From Candidatus Nitrosopumilus koreensis AR1 (GTDB lineage Archaea; Thermoproteota; Nitrososphaeria; Nitrososphaerales; Nitrosopumilaceae), in assembly GCF_000299365.1 (NCBI RefSeq), contig NC_018655.1, positions 90,001-122,000 of the forward strand: a stretch of DNA of 32,000 nucleotides. The letters run 5' to 3'. The translations under genes were made by a program, and so were the position numbers. Shown here piece by piece: positions 17,688 to 26,041 of this stretch. The stretch's first letter is position 1. Each line of letters begins with the position of its first letter. The notes beneath the pieces are model-generated. The model had not been told where the DNA came from. It did no database searches and saw only the letters and a program-made list of their open reading frames with translations.

Positions 17688-18734
17688 ATGTCATCTGATC
17701 CTTCTTCATTACGAACCGTAGATTGGAAAAATAATAAAGTTGTAATGATTGATCAAACCAAATTACCTAATGAACTTGTTTTTGTAGAATTTGATGACTA
17801 TAATCAGGTTGCTGATGCAATTAGAACTCTTGTGGTACGTGGCGCTCCTGCAATTGGAGTATCTGGTGCTTTTGGTTTGGCATTGGCAGTATTACAAAGT
17901 AACGCAACCACAAAAGATGAATTAATTTCAGATTTAGAAAATGCAAAAAAAATTCTTTTTGAAACTAGACCTACTGCAGTAAATTTGGCTTGGGGTTTAG
18001 AAAAAATTATGATTGTTGCAAAATCGAGAGATTCAGTTGAACAAATTAGGGAACAAGTCATATCTGAAGCAAAAAAAATGGCAGATGAAGATATTGAAAT
18101 TAATAAAACTATGGGAAAAAATGGTTCTATTCTTTTTGATGATAATGATACCATAATGACTCATTGTAATGCTGGTGCCTTAGCAACTGTTGCATATGGT
18201 ACTGCATTAGGTGTTATACGTGCAACAAAAGAAAGCGGTAAAAATGTCAAAGTCATAGCTACTGAAACAAGACCTATCCAACAAGGTTCACGATTAACTG
18301 CATTCGAATTAAAACATGATGGATTTGATGTTAGTTTGATTCCAGATACTGCTGTTGGTTATAGTATGGCAAATGGCCTAGTAAATAAAGTCATAGTTGG
18401 TGCAGATAGAATTGTAAAAACAGGTCATGTCTTTAACAAAATTGGAACCTATCAAGTAGCGACAATGGCAAAACAACATGGAATCCCATTTTATGTTGCA
18501 GCGCCATTATCAACAATTGATATGGAAAGTAACGCAGAAGATGTCATAATTGAAATGAGGAAAGGAAGTGAGGTGACTGGAATTGGTGATAAAAAAACTG
18601 CTCCTGATAAGATTAATGTGATCAATCCTGCATTTGACATGACTCCTCCTGAATTGATCTCTGGAATAATTACTGAAAAAGGCATAGCAAAACCACCATA
18701 TGAAGAATCCATTAAAAAATTATTTGAAAATTAA
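17688..18734 (+). CDS. mtnA: S-methyl-5-thioribose-1-phosphate isomerase (eIF-2B alpha/beta/delta-related family)
   Basis: ...VDWKNNKVVMIDQTKLPNELVFVEFDDYNQVADAIRTLVVRGAPAIGVSGAFGLALA... and ...THCNAGALATVAYGTALGVIR... are MtnA-type motifs. Confidence 0.85.
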   Translation: MSSDPSSLRTVDWKNNKVVMIDQTKLPNELVFVEFDDYNQVADAIRTLVVRGAPAIGVSGAFGLALAVLQSNATTKDELISDLENAKKILFETRPTAVNLAWGLEKIMIVAKSRDSVEQIREQVISEAKKMADEDIEINKTMGKNGSILFDDNDTIMTHCNAGALATVAYGTALGVIRATKESGKNVKVIATETRPIQQGSRLTAFELKHDGFDVSLIPDTAVGYSMANGLVNKVIVGADRIVKTGHVFNKIGTYQVATMAKQHGIPFYVAAPLSTIDMESNAEDVIIEMRKGSEVTGIGDKKTAPDKINVINPAFDMTPPELISGIITEKGIAKPPYEESIKKLFEN

Positions 18735-18759
18735 ATTAATCAACCTTTATTCAAAAGCA

Positions 18760-19209
18760 TTATATTTCAAATAAATAAAAAACGTCATACAATTTTTGAT
18801 TTATGTATTTCACTTTTCTTTCTTTTAAGAGATTTAGTTTTGGTTCAATTTTTTGAAAAAGCTTTGGAAAATTCTGTTTCCAATATTTATTATTATTACC
18901 ACGGTATGAAATAGAAGTTAATGTTTCAGAGTATGATTCAAATCCAAAAATATATTTTTTTGATAATTTCAACATCTTTTTAATAATCTCTTCAACTGCT
19001 TCAGGATTGATATGCATTAAAACTCCTGATGTAAATACTAAATCAAATGATTTTTCAGGTAATTCCAAATCTTCTATGCTTGAATTGTAAAATTGTACAT
19101 TGGGATATGTTTTTCTTGCAATATCTATTGCTTTTGAATTAATTTCTACTCCTGATATTTTTGTAAATCCCATTTTTTTAATATGGAAAAATTTTTTCCT
19201 ACATTGCAT
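18760..19209 (-). CDS. SAM-dependent methyltransferase, C-terminal fragment (frameshifted)
   Basis: This frame reads ...KKFFHIKKMGFTKISGVEINSKAIDIARK...FDLVFTSGVLMHINPE..., which is post-motif-I methyltransferase sequence. Confidence 0.65.
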   Translation of the reverse strand: MQCRKKFFHIKKMGFTKISGVEINSKAIDIARKTYPNVQFYNSSIEDLELPEKSFDLVFTSGVLMHINPEAVEEIIKKMLKLSKKYIFGFESYSETLTSISYRGNNNKYWKQNFPKLFQKIEPKLNLLKERKVKYINQKLYDVFYLFEI

Positions 19210-19406
19210 CCCAATTCAAGGATTTCAATATTTTTATCAAGACCGTCTAAAAATTCAATAAAAATGTCGTCAGGATTTTGTCCTGTTATTTTTTTATAAT
19301 CATTGTTGATCTTCTCAACAGAATCGTTCCTCTTTATGTATTCATCTCCAAATTCTCCTGACCAAAACTTTCTTTGTTCAAAATTTAACTTGGAAAAATC
19401 TTTCAT
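19146..19406 (-). CDS. SAM-dependent methyltransferase, N-terminal fragment (frameshifted); resembles pseudaminic-acid-cluster-associated methylases
   Basis: ...EQRKFWSGEFGDEYIKRN...ILELGCNVG (motif I). The frame then breaks in the A/T run at 19187-19197. The FW.GEFG..Y..RN N-terminus recalls the Pse-associated methylase family (from memory). Confidence 0.6.
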   Translation of the reverse strand: MKDFSKLNFEQRKFWSGEFGDEYIKRNDSVEKINNDYKKITGQNPDDIFIEFLDGLDKNIEILELGCNVGKNFSILKKWDLQKYQE

Positions 19407-19610
19407 AAAATTTGTTGAGTTTGTTAGAATTTAGAGCTTGCTGACTGTAATAGATGTTAAAACGCACTAGAATCTTATCGTATAGGTTTGAGAGTAAATA
19501 CTGACTATTTTATTAAAAGAAAAAATAGAACCTATTAAGCAAAAAAACTTGAATTAACTGAAGCTAATTAATAGAAAGTTTTTATTGTTTTTCAAACTGC
19601 TCTTAACAAT

Positions 19611-20249
19611 ATGAGTGCAGTTTCTCCACAAGCAATCGAGGATTCTTTAAAACAATGCATGGATCCGGAAGTTCCTCTAAACATTGTAGAAATGGGACTA
19701 ATCTATGGAATTGATGTGGCAGAAAACAATGATGTCAATATCAAAATGACAATGACGACTCAAGGTTGCCCTCTTCATGAAACTCTCGTTTCTGATGCAA
19801 CAAGATTTGTCAAAAAAGTTCCCGGTGTAAACAATGTCAATATTGACATTGTGTGGGATCCACCCTGGTCCATGGATAAAATGTCTGAAGAGGCAAAAAC
19901 CAAAATCAAAAACATGGGATCTGGTATGAATACCCCTGCACCAATAAACTATGAAACTGCATTACCTCAAGGCGTTGGTAAACTAGTTCAACAAGAGGAC
20001 GGTTCTATGGTATTAGCAAACGAACATGACCAAGGATTCATGGTAAATCAAGCCATAGTTGATTTTTGGAAGTCATGTAATGGACAAAGAAAGGTTACAG
20101 ACTTGGTTGAAATCTTTGCACAACAAACAGGACTACAAAGAAATCAAGTTGAAAAAGAAGTTATGCAATTACTGCAACAATTGCGTGATGGTGGATTAAT
20201 TGCTATTGCTGGACAACCAGATGCTCCAAATGTTGAGTTTAAAAAATAA
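19611..20249 (+). CDS. DUF59/MIP18-family Fe-S assembly-type domain fused to a PqqD-like C-terminal domain
   Basis: N-terminus: DPEVPLNIVEMGLIYGIDV...VNIKMTMTTQGCPL (DUF59). C-terminus: FMVNQAIVDFWKSCNGQRKVTDLVEIFAQQTGLQRNQVEKEVMQLLQQLRDGGLI (PqqD-like pattern). Confidence 0.7.
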   Translation: MSAVSPQAIEDSLKQCMDPEVPLNIVEMGLIYGIDVAENNDVNIKMTMTTQGCPLHETLVSDATRFVKKVPGVNNVNIDIVWDPPWSMDKMSEEAKTKIKNMGSGMNTPAPINYETALPQGVGKLVQQEDGSMVLANEHDQGFMVNQAIVDFWKSCNGQRKVTDLVEIFAQQTGLQRNQVEKEVMQLLQQLRDGGLIAIAGQPDAPNVEFKK

Positions 20250-20251
20250 TT

Positions 20252-20899
20252 TTAGAAAATATAATTTGAATTTGCACCATCAAAGTTTATTGTAACTCCT
20301 GACAAGTACTTTATTTTATTCTGAATGATTGATTTTACAAAATTTCCAATCTCTTCAGGCTCCCCGAGTCTCTTCATTGGTAGAGATTGTTTGTATTCTT
20401 CAACATTTTCTATTAATTCCTGAGTCCTGTCAGTGTTGATTGGCCCTGGTGCAATATTGATACAGCTGACTTGATTTTCAGCATATTCCTTGCTTAATAC
20501 CTTGAAAATTTCAGCAAATGCTGCACGATATGCTGATGAAATTATTAATTTTGAATTTGGTTCTTTAATTACGCTTGAACTGATCAAAAAGATGTATCCG
20601 TTATCGCTGATCTTGATGTTTTGTAGAATAGTAACGAATCCCAAGAATAACTGATTGTGATATAGGTTCCAGTCCTCTTCCGTAATTGTTGCAAATGGCT
20701 TTGGGGAAGGTCCGCCGGTATTCAGAACAAGAATGTCTGTCTGAGTGTTTTTTTCCACAAATCTTCTAACGCTGCTCAAATCTGACGTGTCGATGTCTTT
20801 TCTAGAGGCTGCAAATACCTCTACACCTATGGACTTTAACGATTCTGAGATTGCCCTTCCTATTCCCCTTGAACCGCCCAGTACTATTGCGCTAGCCAT
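20252..20899 (-). CDS. short-chain dehydrogenase/reductase (classical SDR)
   Basis: AIVLGGSRGIGRAISESL cofactor motif, ...YRAAFAEIFKVLSKEY..., ...INIAPGPINTD.... Confidence 0.75.
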   Translation of the reverse strand: MASAIVLGGSRGIGRAISESLKSIGVEVFAASRKDIDTSDLSSVRRFVEKNTQTDILVLNTGGPSPKPFATITEEDWNLYHNQLFLGFVTILQNIKISDNGYIFLISSSVIKEPNSKLIISSAYRAAFAEIFKVLSKEYAENQVSCINIAPGPINTDRTQELIENVEEYKQSLPMKRLGEPEEIGNFVKSIIQNKIKYLSGVTINFDGANSNYIF

Positions 20900-20977
20900 A
20901 TGTTTTTCAAATAATACAAGACAATTAAATCTCTTGTAACGATTTCATCCACGCAAGTTATTTTCCGCATGCCTTTA

Positions 20978-22759
20978 CTATGCACTGATGTAATGCCATT
21001 CTGTGTCTTGTTCAAGTCCTACCAGCCCGTAAATTATGCTCATCATGGAGTCCTTTGGATGATTGAATTCTTTTTTGGCATCCAGTCTGGTATCAAGATC
21101 TTTCTTTAGATCCTTTCTTGTAACAGAGCAGAGCTCTGAGATCAACCATTCAGTCTCATATTCTCTGCTAGCAGAAAAAGGGATCATGAATTTAGATCTA
21201 GGATGGCCGCCTCTTGGATGGTGTCTTGATGTCTCAATCAGGTCGATGAATTTTTGTATCTGCGATGTCTTGTCAATCAAGATTCTGCCCGTCTCTTCCC
21301 CGTGCTCGTCTATCTTGTCACGATGAATCTGCATTGGCTTGCTCTCATTACTGATACTGCGGCATCCGTAGAAATTCTCGCTTCCAACTCCTGGAAACAT
21401 CCTACCGGAAGTTCTATTGGCACCGCCGTCCTGAATTGTCTTGACTTGTATTGCACCGTACCCCAAGTCCCCCACACCGATGTCCCACCTGCTTGCCCGA
21501 AACAACTCATTGATGTGTTCTGTTTGATCTAATTGGTTCTCAGATGGTCGCTTGTCAATGTACGCAAGCTGAATCCTGTCATACTTTTTCCAGTGAATCA
21601 AAATTGATATTACTGTACTTGACGGATTTCCAGAACCAAAGTCCACTCCCATAGATATTTTGATGGAATCTTTCATCACGTCCTTCCACATTGCAATCTC
21701 ATGCGGTTCCATCAACCCAAGATACCTGTAAGGATTCATGCAGGAGAGTACCATCTCCGGCGTGATTGGCCGTCCCTCTGACCTGTAAAATTTACCCATC
21801 ACGTGAGATGTAAAGTAAGACTTTGAATTGTTCTTTTCCTGGTATTCTATGGAGTAGAATGGGGATGTACGATACTTGTTTGTGGAATCGTCAATGGTCA
21901 GCGCGTTTGTTGCAAAAATTGTCTGCGGCAGATGATATCCGTGGTATATTGCATTTTCCGTGTTTTGCGGAACCCACCTTCCACTCAGAACCTCTTCAAG
22001 ATAATCTCCGACAACCAACCCGTTGCTGTCAAACCGTAACATGTCTCTCCAGTTGTGGTTGTCATAAACCCATTCCCGCTGATCAGATCTTTTCCACAGT
22101 TTCTCGTATGGCGAACCGAACTCACCACCCAATCCGAGAATCGACATCTTGCCTTTTGTTGCCATCATTGTCTGCCTTACCTTCTCCAAATGCTCAATGT
22201 CTTGGTACTGCGCCTCGTCCAGTATGCAGTGGTTCAGAGATTTTCCCTCTACGTGAATGTACTGGTTGTTGTCTGTCATGCAGTATATCGTGCTGCCGTT
22301 TTTCAGCGAAATCTCTCCCATGTTTCCAAGCTTATTGCGAGGAAACTTTGACAGTACTGGGTTCTGGCTAAACGTGCCAATCTGAAGTTTCTGTTTGGAA
22401 AAGCCAGTCAAGCTAGATTGGTTAAACGTGACATACCCAACCTGGATGCCGGGACTGGATGTTGCCTCGCATGCAAGCATGTCTGAGATGTATGTTGACT
22501 TGTAAATCTGCCTGCCTCCAACTATGATCTTCGAATGATAGTCGTCCATGTAGATGTCCTTCCAAAAGGGCGCAGTAAGAAACGTCCTTCTTTTCCCTTC
22601 TACTGTGGGCCGAGCCTTTTCTATCCATTCCAAAGGATCTGTTGGCAATGTGATGAGATGTGATGATCTTTTTGCACGTCTTTTCTTTATCTTGTTGATT
22701 GCATCTTTTGCAATCTTTCTGTGTCCCACATTCCAACTACTAAACAGCGCCATTTTCAA
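20978..22759 (-). CDS. terL: terminase large subunit (TerL), ATPase plus RNase H-like nuclease
   Basis: 593 aa. Deviant Walker A VGGRQIYKST and Walker B NHCILDEAQ. Nuclease acidic motifs are ISMGVDFGSG, IGVGDLGYG and HPKDSMMS. It is preceded by, and overlaps, a small HTH gene in a terS-terL arrangement. Confidence 0.75.
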   Translation of the reverse strand: MKMALFSSWNVGHRKIAKDAINKIKKRRAKRSSHLITLPTDPLEWIEKARPTVEGKRRTFLTAPFWKDIYMDDYHSKIIVGGRQIYKSTYISDMLACEATSSPGIQVGYVTFNQSSLTGFSKQKLQIGTFSQNPVLSKFPRNKLGNMGEISLKNGSTIYCMTDNNQYIHVEGKSLNHCILDEAQYQDIEHLEKVRQTMMATKGKMSILGLGGEFGSPYEKLWKRSDQREWVYDNHNWRDMLRFDSNGLVVGDYLEEVLSGRWVPQNTENAIYHGYHLPQTIFATNALTIDDSTNKYRTSPFYSIEYQEKNNSKSYFTSHVMGKFYRSEGRPITPEMVLSCMNPYRYLGLMEPHEIAMWKDVMKDSIKISMGVDFGSGNPSSTVISILIHWKKYDRIQLAYIDKRPSENQLDQTEHINELFRASRWDIGVGDLGYGAIQVKTIQDGGANRTSGRMFPGVGSENFYGCRSISNESKPMQIHRDKIDEHGEETGRILIDKTSQIQKFIDLIETSRHHPRGGHPRSKFMIPFSASREYETEWLISELCSVTRKDLKKDLDTRLDAKKEFNHPKDSMMSIIYGLVGLEQDTEWHYISA

Positions 22760-23210
22760 TCATATACTCCTTGATTTCCCTGGATAGTACTATGTCTGCA
22801 GTAGGAGTGACTGTGAGGTTTGTCTTTTTTAGAATCATGTCTGAAATTTTTTCAATCAGCAAAATACTTGTCTTGTAGATGTTGTTCTCAAGATTTGGTA
22901 TTCCGTTATTTTGCTCAATGCTGTATGTGATTTGTTTTTCTAGCGTTTCTTGTATCTTGTAAAGCTTTGACAGTTGGTTGTCTAGCGCAATATTGGAGTT
23001 TGAGATTATGATCTTTGATCTTTTAACAAAGTCTGGGTGTTCCGTAGATGCGATTTCGTCATACCACTTTTTGTAATATTTTTTTACAGTGTTGTGATTG
23101 ATCTTTGTCTCTCTAGATGCAATAGACACGGTCAACATTTTTTCAAAGTATGGCCGCAACTTTTTTTCAATACGCAATTGGTCTGCTTTGCTTGGCCTAC
23201 CTTTATTCAC
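22740..23210 (-). CDS. HTH DNA-binding protein, terminase small subunit candidate
   Basis: 156 aa. The N-terminus MNKGRPSKADQLRIEKKL...SIASRETKINHNTVKKYYKKW is HTH-like, followed by a coiled-coil-like region. It overlaps the terL start by 14-20 nt. Confidence 0.5.
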   Translation of the reverse strand: MNKGRPSKADQLRIEKKLRPYFEKMLTVSIASRETKINHNTVKKYYKKWYDEIASTEHPDFVKRSKIIISNSNIALDNQLSKLYKIQETLEKQITYSIEQNNGIPNLENNIYKTSILLIEKISDMILKKTNLTVTPTADIVLSREIKEYMIENGAV

Positions 23211-23398
23211 TAGAAACCCTCCTGGATATTTTTTGTAAATGTATTTTCAAATGAAAGTTGCTCATAAATTAAAAAAGCACTGCAAGCTAGAAATGTATTT
23301 GATTTTTTTAAAAGTTTAGTTTCCCCCGCTTTCATTCCTGTAACTGGACAAACGCTGTCCAATTGACTGTCCAATAAGAAAAATTTCCACTCCGCGTA

Positions 23399-23492
23399 GA
23401 GCTCTCTTGGCCTATTTACGCATCACATTAGAGCTCAAAACAGAGCTCAAATGTACAAAATGTGAGCTCAATACGAATAGCATTTTGAGCTC
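23399..23492. repeat. cluster of five GAGCTC palindromic hexamers (iteron-like) in GC-rich non-coding DNA
   Basis: GAGCTC occurs at 23399-23404, 23431-23436, 23443-23448, 23464-23469 and 23487-23492. Related GTGAGCT(A/G) copies lie at about 23598 and 23617. Nearby direct repeats are CTGTCCAAT x2 (23355, 23367) and TTTTGGGATG x2 (23524, 23565). Confidence 0.6.
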
Positions 23493-23759
23493 TGAGATGA
23501 ATCCACTAATGACGCACCATCTTTTTTGGGATGTTTTGCTCGTCTCTTGTCTGTCTCTGGGTTGTTTTGGGATGCACAAAAAACCAGCTACAGTACTTGT
23601 GAGCTATGCATGTGCAGTGAGCTGTTATGCGCATGTCCCAGAATACTTTGGAAAGGGCTCTGCAGTGCTGTGATGACAATCGGTTTTTGTCTAAACTCTC
23701 AAGTTCACACTTTTTTGAAAATCAACGTGATAGTTATATCCAAAAGTACGATACTGTGA

Positions 23760-24824
23760 ATGTTGAATCCAGTAATTTATGCCGGCATAGCGTGCGGTTC
23801 AATCGTAGCCATTTTGGGGATTTTCATTGCACTGGATGCAAATTCCGCATCTCAACTCCAGTTCACTGCAGTAGAAAACGAAGATTTTGATTTCATGTCA
23901 TTGTCAATGGATAGCACTTATGCCGTTTGTAATCCAACAGGCTTTCCAACAAGTTTTGATAAAATCTACGCTCAACTATATTACAAAAATGACGAGGTAG
24001 CTGATTTTACGATATGGGGCTCTTCAATTCCTGCGGGAAAGGCAGTTGACGTTGATGGGAGAATTGACATTAACGCTCAAACTGTCTTGCAAATGTTCTT
24101 GGGAGCGTTTGCTGGCGCTTTTGCAGGCCAGACGCAAGAATTTGATGAAGAAGACGTAACGATAATTCTGAAAGTTGAAAAATCACTTCTTGGTTTCATA
24201 CCGTACACATATGAAAAACAAATGTCCAGCGGGAATTTGGACGACATACAAAAATTCTTTGTCAGCACAACCGATGCAAAATGGGATTGTGATTATTCTC
24301 CAAAACAACAACAAGATTATGAAGAAAGAGGATTTGACACATCAAAACCACTGTCAGAAAACATAGAACGCGAAAGCACGATTACAAAGATTAACCAAAT
24401 CAAGGAAAGCAAGGAGAATTACAGAAAAACAGTTTCTGCTTTGTATGACTGGGATTCCATCTGGTATGATGAAGAAAACAATGTCACGATATCCAACAAA
24501 TTTGATCAAATTTTAGGCGTTTATGAGGATTATCCAACAAGCGTCTGCAAGGGTGATGTGGTGAGTATTCGTGGAAAATTATTAACTTCTGAAGGGATTC
24601 CAATCAGAGATTATCTGATTACTCTTGATGAGGAAATTACTTTAAAACGCCTAGACAATGTTAGGACAGATTCTGATGGAAATTTTGAATTTCTTTGGGT
24701 TGCAGAACATGTTAGACCTGCAGTAACCTATTCGCCATTGGGCAAAATGAGTTTAGAGATGTTAATGGTTGACACTCCGGAAAATTTTATTCCTGTGAAA
24801 GTTATTGAAGTGTGGGATTGCTAG
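23760..24824 (+). CDS. N-terminally membrane-anchored protein with beta-sandwich (CarboxypepD_reg-like) C-terminal domain
   Basis: The N-terminal hydrophobic helix is VIYAGIACGSIVAILGIFIAL. The C-terminus GDVVSIRGKLLTSEGIPIRDYLITL...RTDSDGNFEFLWV resembles carboxypeptidase-regulatory-like folds. The middle region is LEA_2-like (weak). Confidence 0.55.
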   Translation: MLNPVIYAGIACGSIVAILGIFIALDANSASQLQFTAVENEDFDFMSLSMDSTYAVCNPTGFPTSFDKIYAQLYYKNDEVADFTIWGSSIPAGKAVDVDGRIDINAQTVLQMFLGAFAGAFAGQTQEFDEEDVTIILKVEKSLLGFIPYTYEKQMSSGNLDDIQKFFVSTTDAKWDCDYSPKQQQDYEERGFDTSKPLSENIERESTITKINQIKESKENYRKTVSALYDWDSIWYDEENNVTISNKFDQILGVYEDYPTSVCKGDVVSIRGKLLTSEGIPIRDYLITLDEEITLKRLDNVRTDSDGNFEFLWVAEHVRPAVTYSPLGKMSLEMLMVDTPENFIPVKVIEVWDC

Positions 24825-24906
24825 ATTCCAAGATCCCATTTACTATACCGCAAATTATTCAAGAAAAAACAACAAATGCTTAAGTTCATACAAAAATTTT
24901 AGATGT

Positions 24907-25134
24907 ATGGCCGTAACAATTTCAGGCATTGTTGAGAAAACAATTGCAGGTATTTTAGGCGGTTTGGTGGTTTTACTTCTTGGAAATTATGCAAAAATCG
25001 AAACATTACAAAATTTTGTGAATGCAGTTTCCCTTAACGATGCTATTTTAATCACAATCATCATAATTGTCGGGGTAATTTTGGCAATATTGGTGATTAG
25101 AAGGAGAAGAAGGTGGCATTGGGTCTCAGGCTAG
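24907..25134 (+). CDS. small two-helix membrane protein
   Basis: MAVTISGIVEKTIAGILGGLVVLLLGNY...AILITIIIIVGVILAILVIRRRRRW has two hydrophobic helices and a poly-Arg stop-transfer tail. The ORF-track N-terminal extension from 24805 overlaps the previous gene and looks non-coding. Confidence 0.5.
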   Translation: MAVTISGIVEKTIAGILGGLVVLLLGNYAKIETLQNFVNAVSLNDAILITIIIIVGVILAILVIRRRRRWHWVSG

Positions 25135-25186
25135 AAAATTTAGCCGTCTCCAAAATTTAACAATACCTGATTTTAGATATTTGAGC

Positions 25187-26041
25187 CTATTTTACAATAG
25201 AATATTCTGATTTCCCACTAATGATGTCCCATTTTACTAATTTTAATTCCGCAAGACGGCCCATGGTTGCAACCCTTTCTGAAGTTACAGAATATACCTT
25301 ATCTGCTTCGTCAGGATTGTGGATTCTTAGATACTCAATCCATTCTTCTTTGAATACATCATCTAATTCATCAGAAGACATTTTTTTAGTTTCTAGTTCT
25401 TTCATAATCCGTTTAACTACTTTATTCTCAAAATCAAATTTTGAAATTATTTGTTTACGGATTAGTTTTACTTCCTCATTTGAAAAATTAGAATCAAATC
25501 TATCTTCATCTAATATAGGATTTTCTAGTATTGCAAATTCTTTTCCTAAATCAGACAATGTAAGAAAACAGCCATCATCATTAATTTTTGCTCTAACCAG
25601 TCCTAATTCAAAACATGCACCTTTAAAATCCAAATCTTTTTTAAGAAAACGTCCAACGAATTGTTCTTTAAAACGAAGTTCACTTGCAGCTATTTTATCT
25701 AATTTTTTCTTTTTCTTAACTCCCTTCAAATTTTTTGTTTCGGATTTTGGCAAGGGCAATCCTGTCGAGAGTTTTTCATTTCGGCCCAACTCATTTTCAT
25801 CTTCATATGCTTTTAATTGATCTGATACTCTTTCTGCATACTCAAATGATTTTTCTCTTAACTCGTCTAATGAGAACCAAATTTTGTTTGTTGATGTAAT
25901 TAAATTTGCTAATGTCCGTACAATAATTTTAACAGGAAAAAATCTATTGTAAAACGTCCAAATCATAGAACCATATGATAAGATAATTTCATTTTTCTCA
26001 GTTTCAACACCTGTTAGTAATCCATGTAATTCTCTTTGCAT
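25187..26041 (-). CDS. hypothetical protein (no recognisable catalytic motif; possibly winged-helix-containing)
   Basis: 284-aa ORF, Lys/Glu-rich, that I cannot assign to a family. It overlaps the upstream RHH ORF by 38 nt and might be fused to it (see findings). Confidence 0.5.
   Translation of the reverse strand: MQRELHGLLTGVETEKNEIILSYGSMIWTFYNRFFPVKIIVRTLANLITSTNKIWFSLDELREKSFEYAERVSDQLKAYEDENELGRNEKLSTGLPLPKSETKNLKGVKKKKKLDKIAASELRFKEQFVGRFLKKDLDFKGACFELGLVRAKINDDGCFLTLSDLGKEFAILENPILDEDRFDSNFSNEEVKLIRKQIISKFDFENKVVKRIMKELETKKMSSDELDDVFKEEWIEYLRIHNPDEADKVYSVTSERVATMGRLAELKLVKWDIISGKSEYSIVK

Noticed and set aside
361-20939. Antisense or off-frame ORFs of 61-116 aa inside annotated glycan-island and core genes (e.g. 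361-585-, 1888-2079+, 2633-2860+, 3433-3771+, 5584-5874+, 7972-8259-, 8423-8671-, 8867-9079-, 10342-10527-, 11660-11872-, 13587-13805-, 15061-15279+, 16455-16646+, 17804-18154-, 18491-18712-, 20745-20939+).
   Set aside because: Each is fully embedded in a longer ORF with clear family motifs on the other strand or frame. Their translations are Phe/Ile/Ser-rich shadow sequences with no recognisable domains.
21063-22787. Seven ORFs of 66-182 aa overlapping terL in other frames and strands (21063-21326+, 21254-21532+, 21310-21510-, 21823-22371+, 22055-22351+, 22422-22736-, 22554-22787+).
   Set aside because: All lie inside the motif-supported TerL ORF. They are Cys/Arg/Ser/Pro-rich low-complexity translations, typical of off-frame reading of GC-richer DNA with few stop codons.
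23407-23890. Three mutually overlapping plus-strand ORFs (88, 77 and 87 aa) in the GC-rich spacer.
   Set aside because: They occupy all three frames of the same DNA, are Cys/Leu-rich with no motifs, and the last runs into the start of the 354-aa gene. The open frames more likely reflect composition. The region is treated as non-coding/regulatory (see finding).
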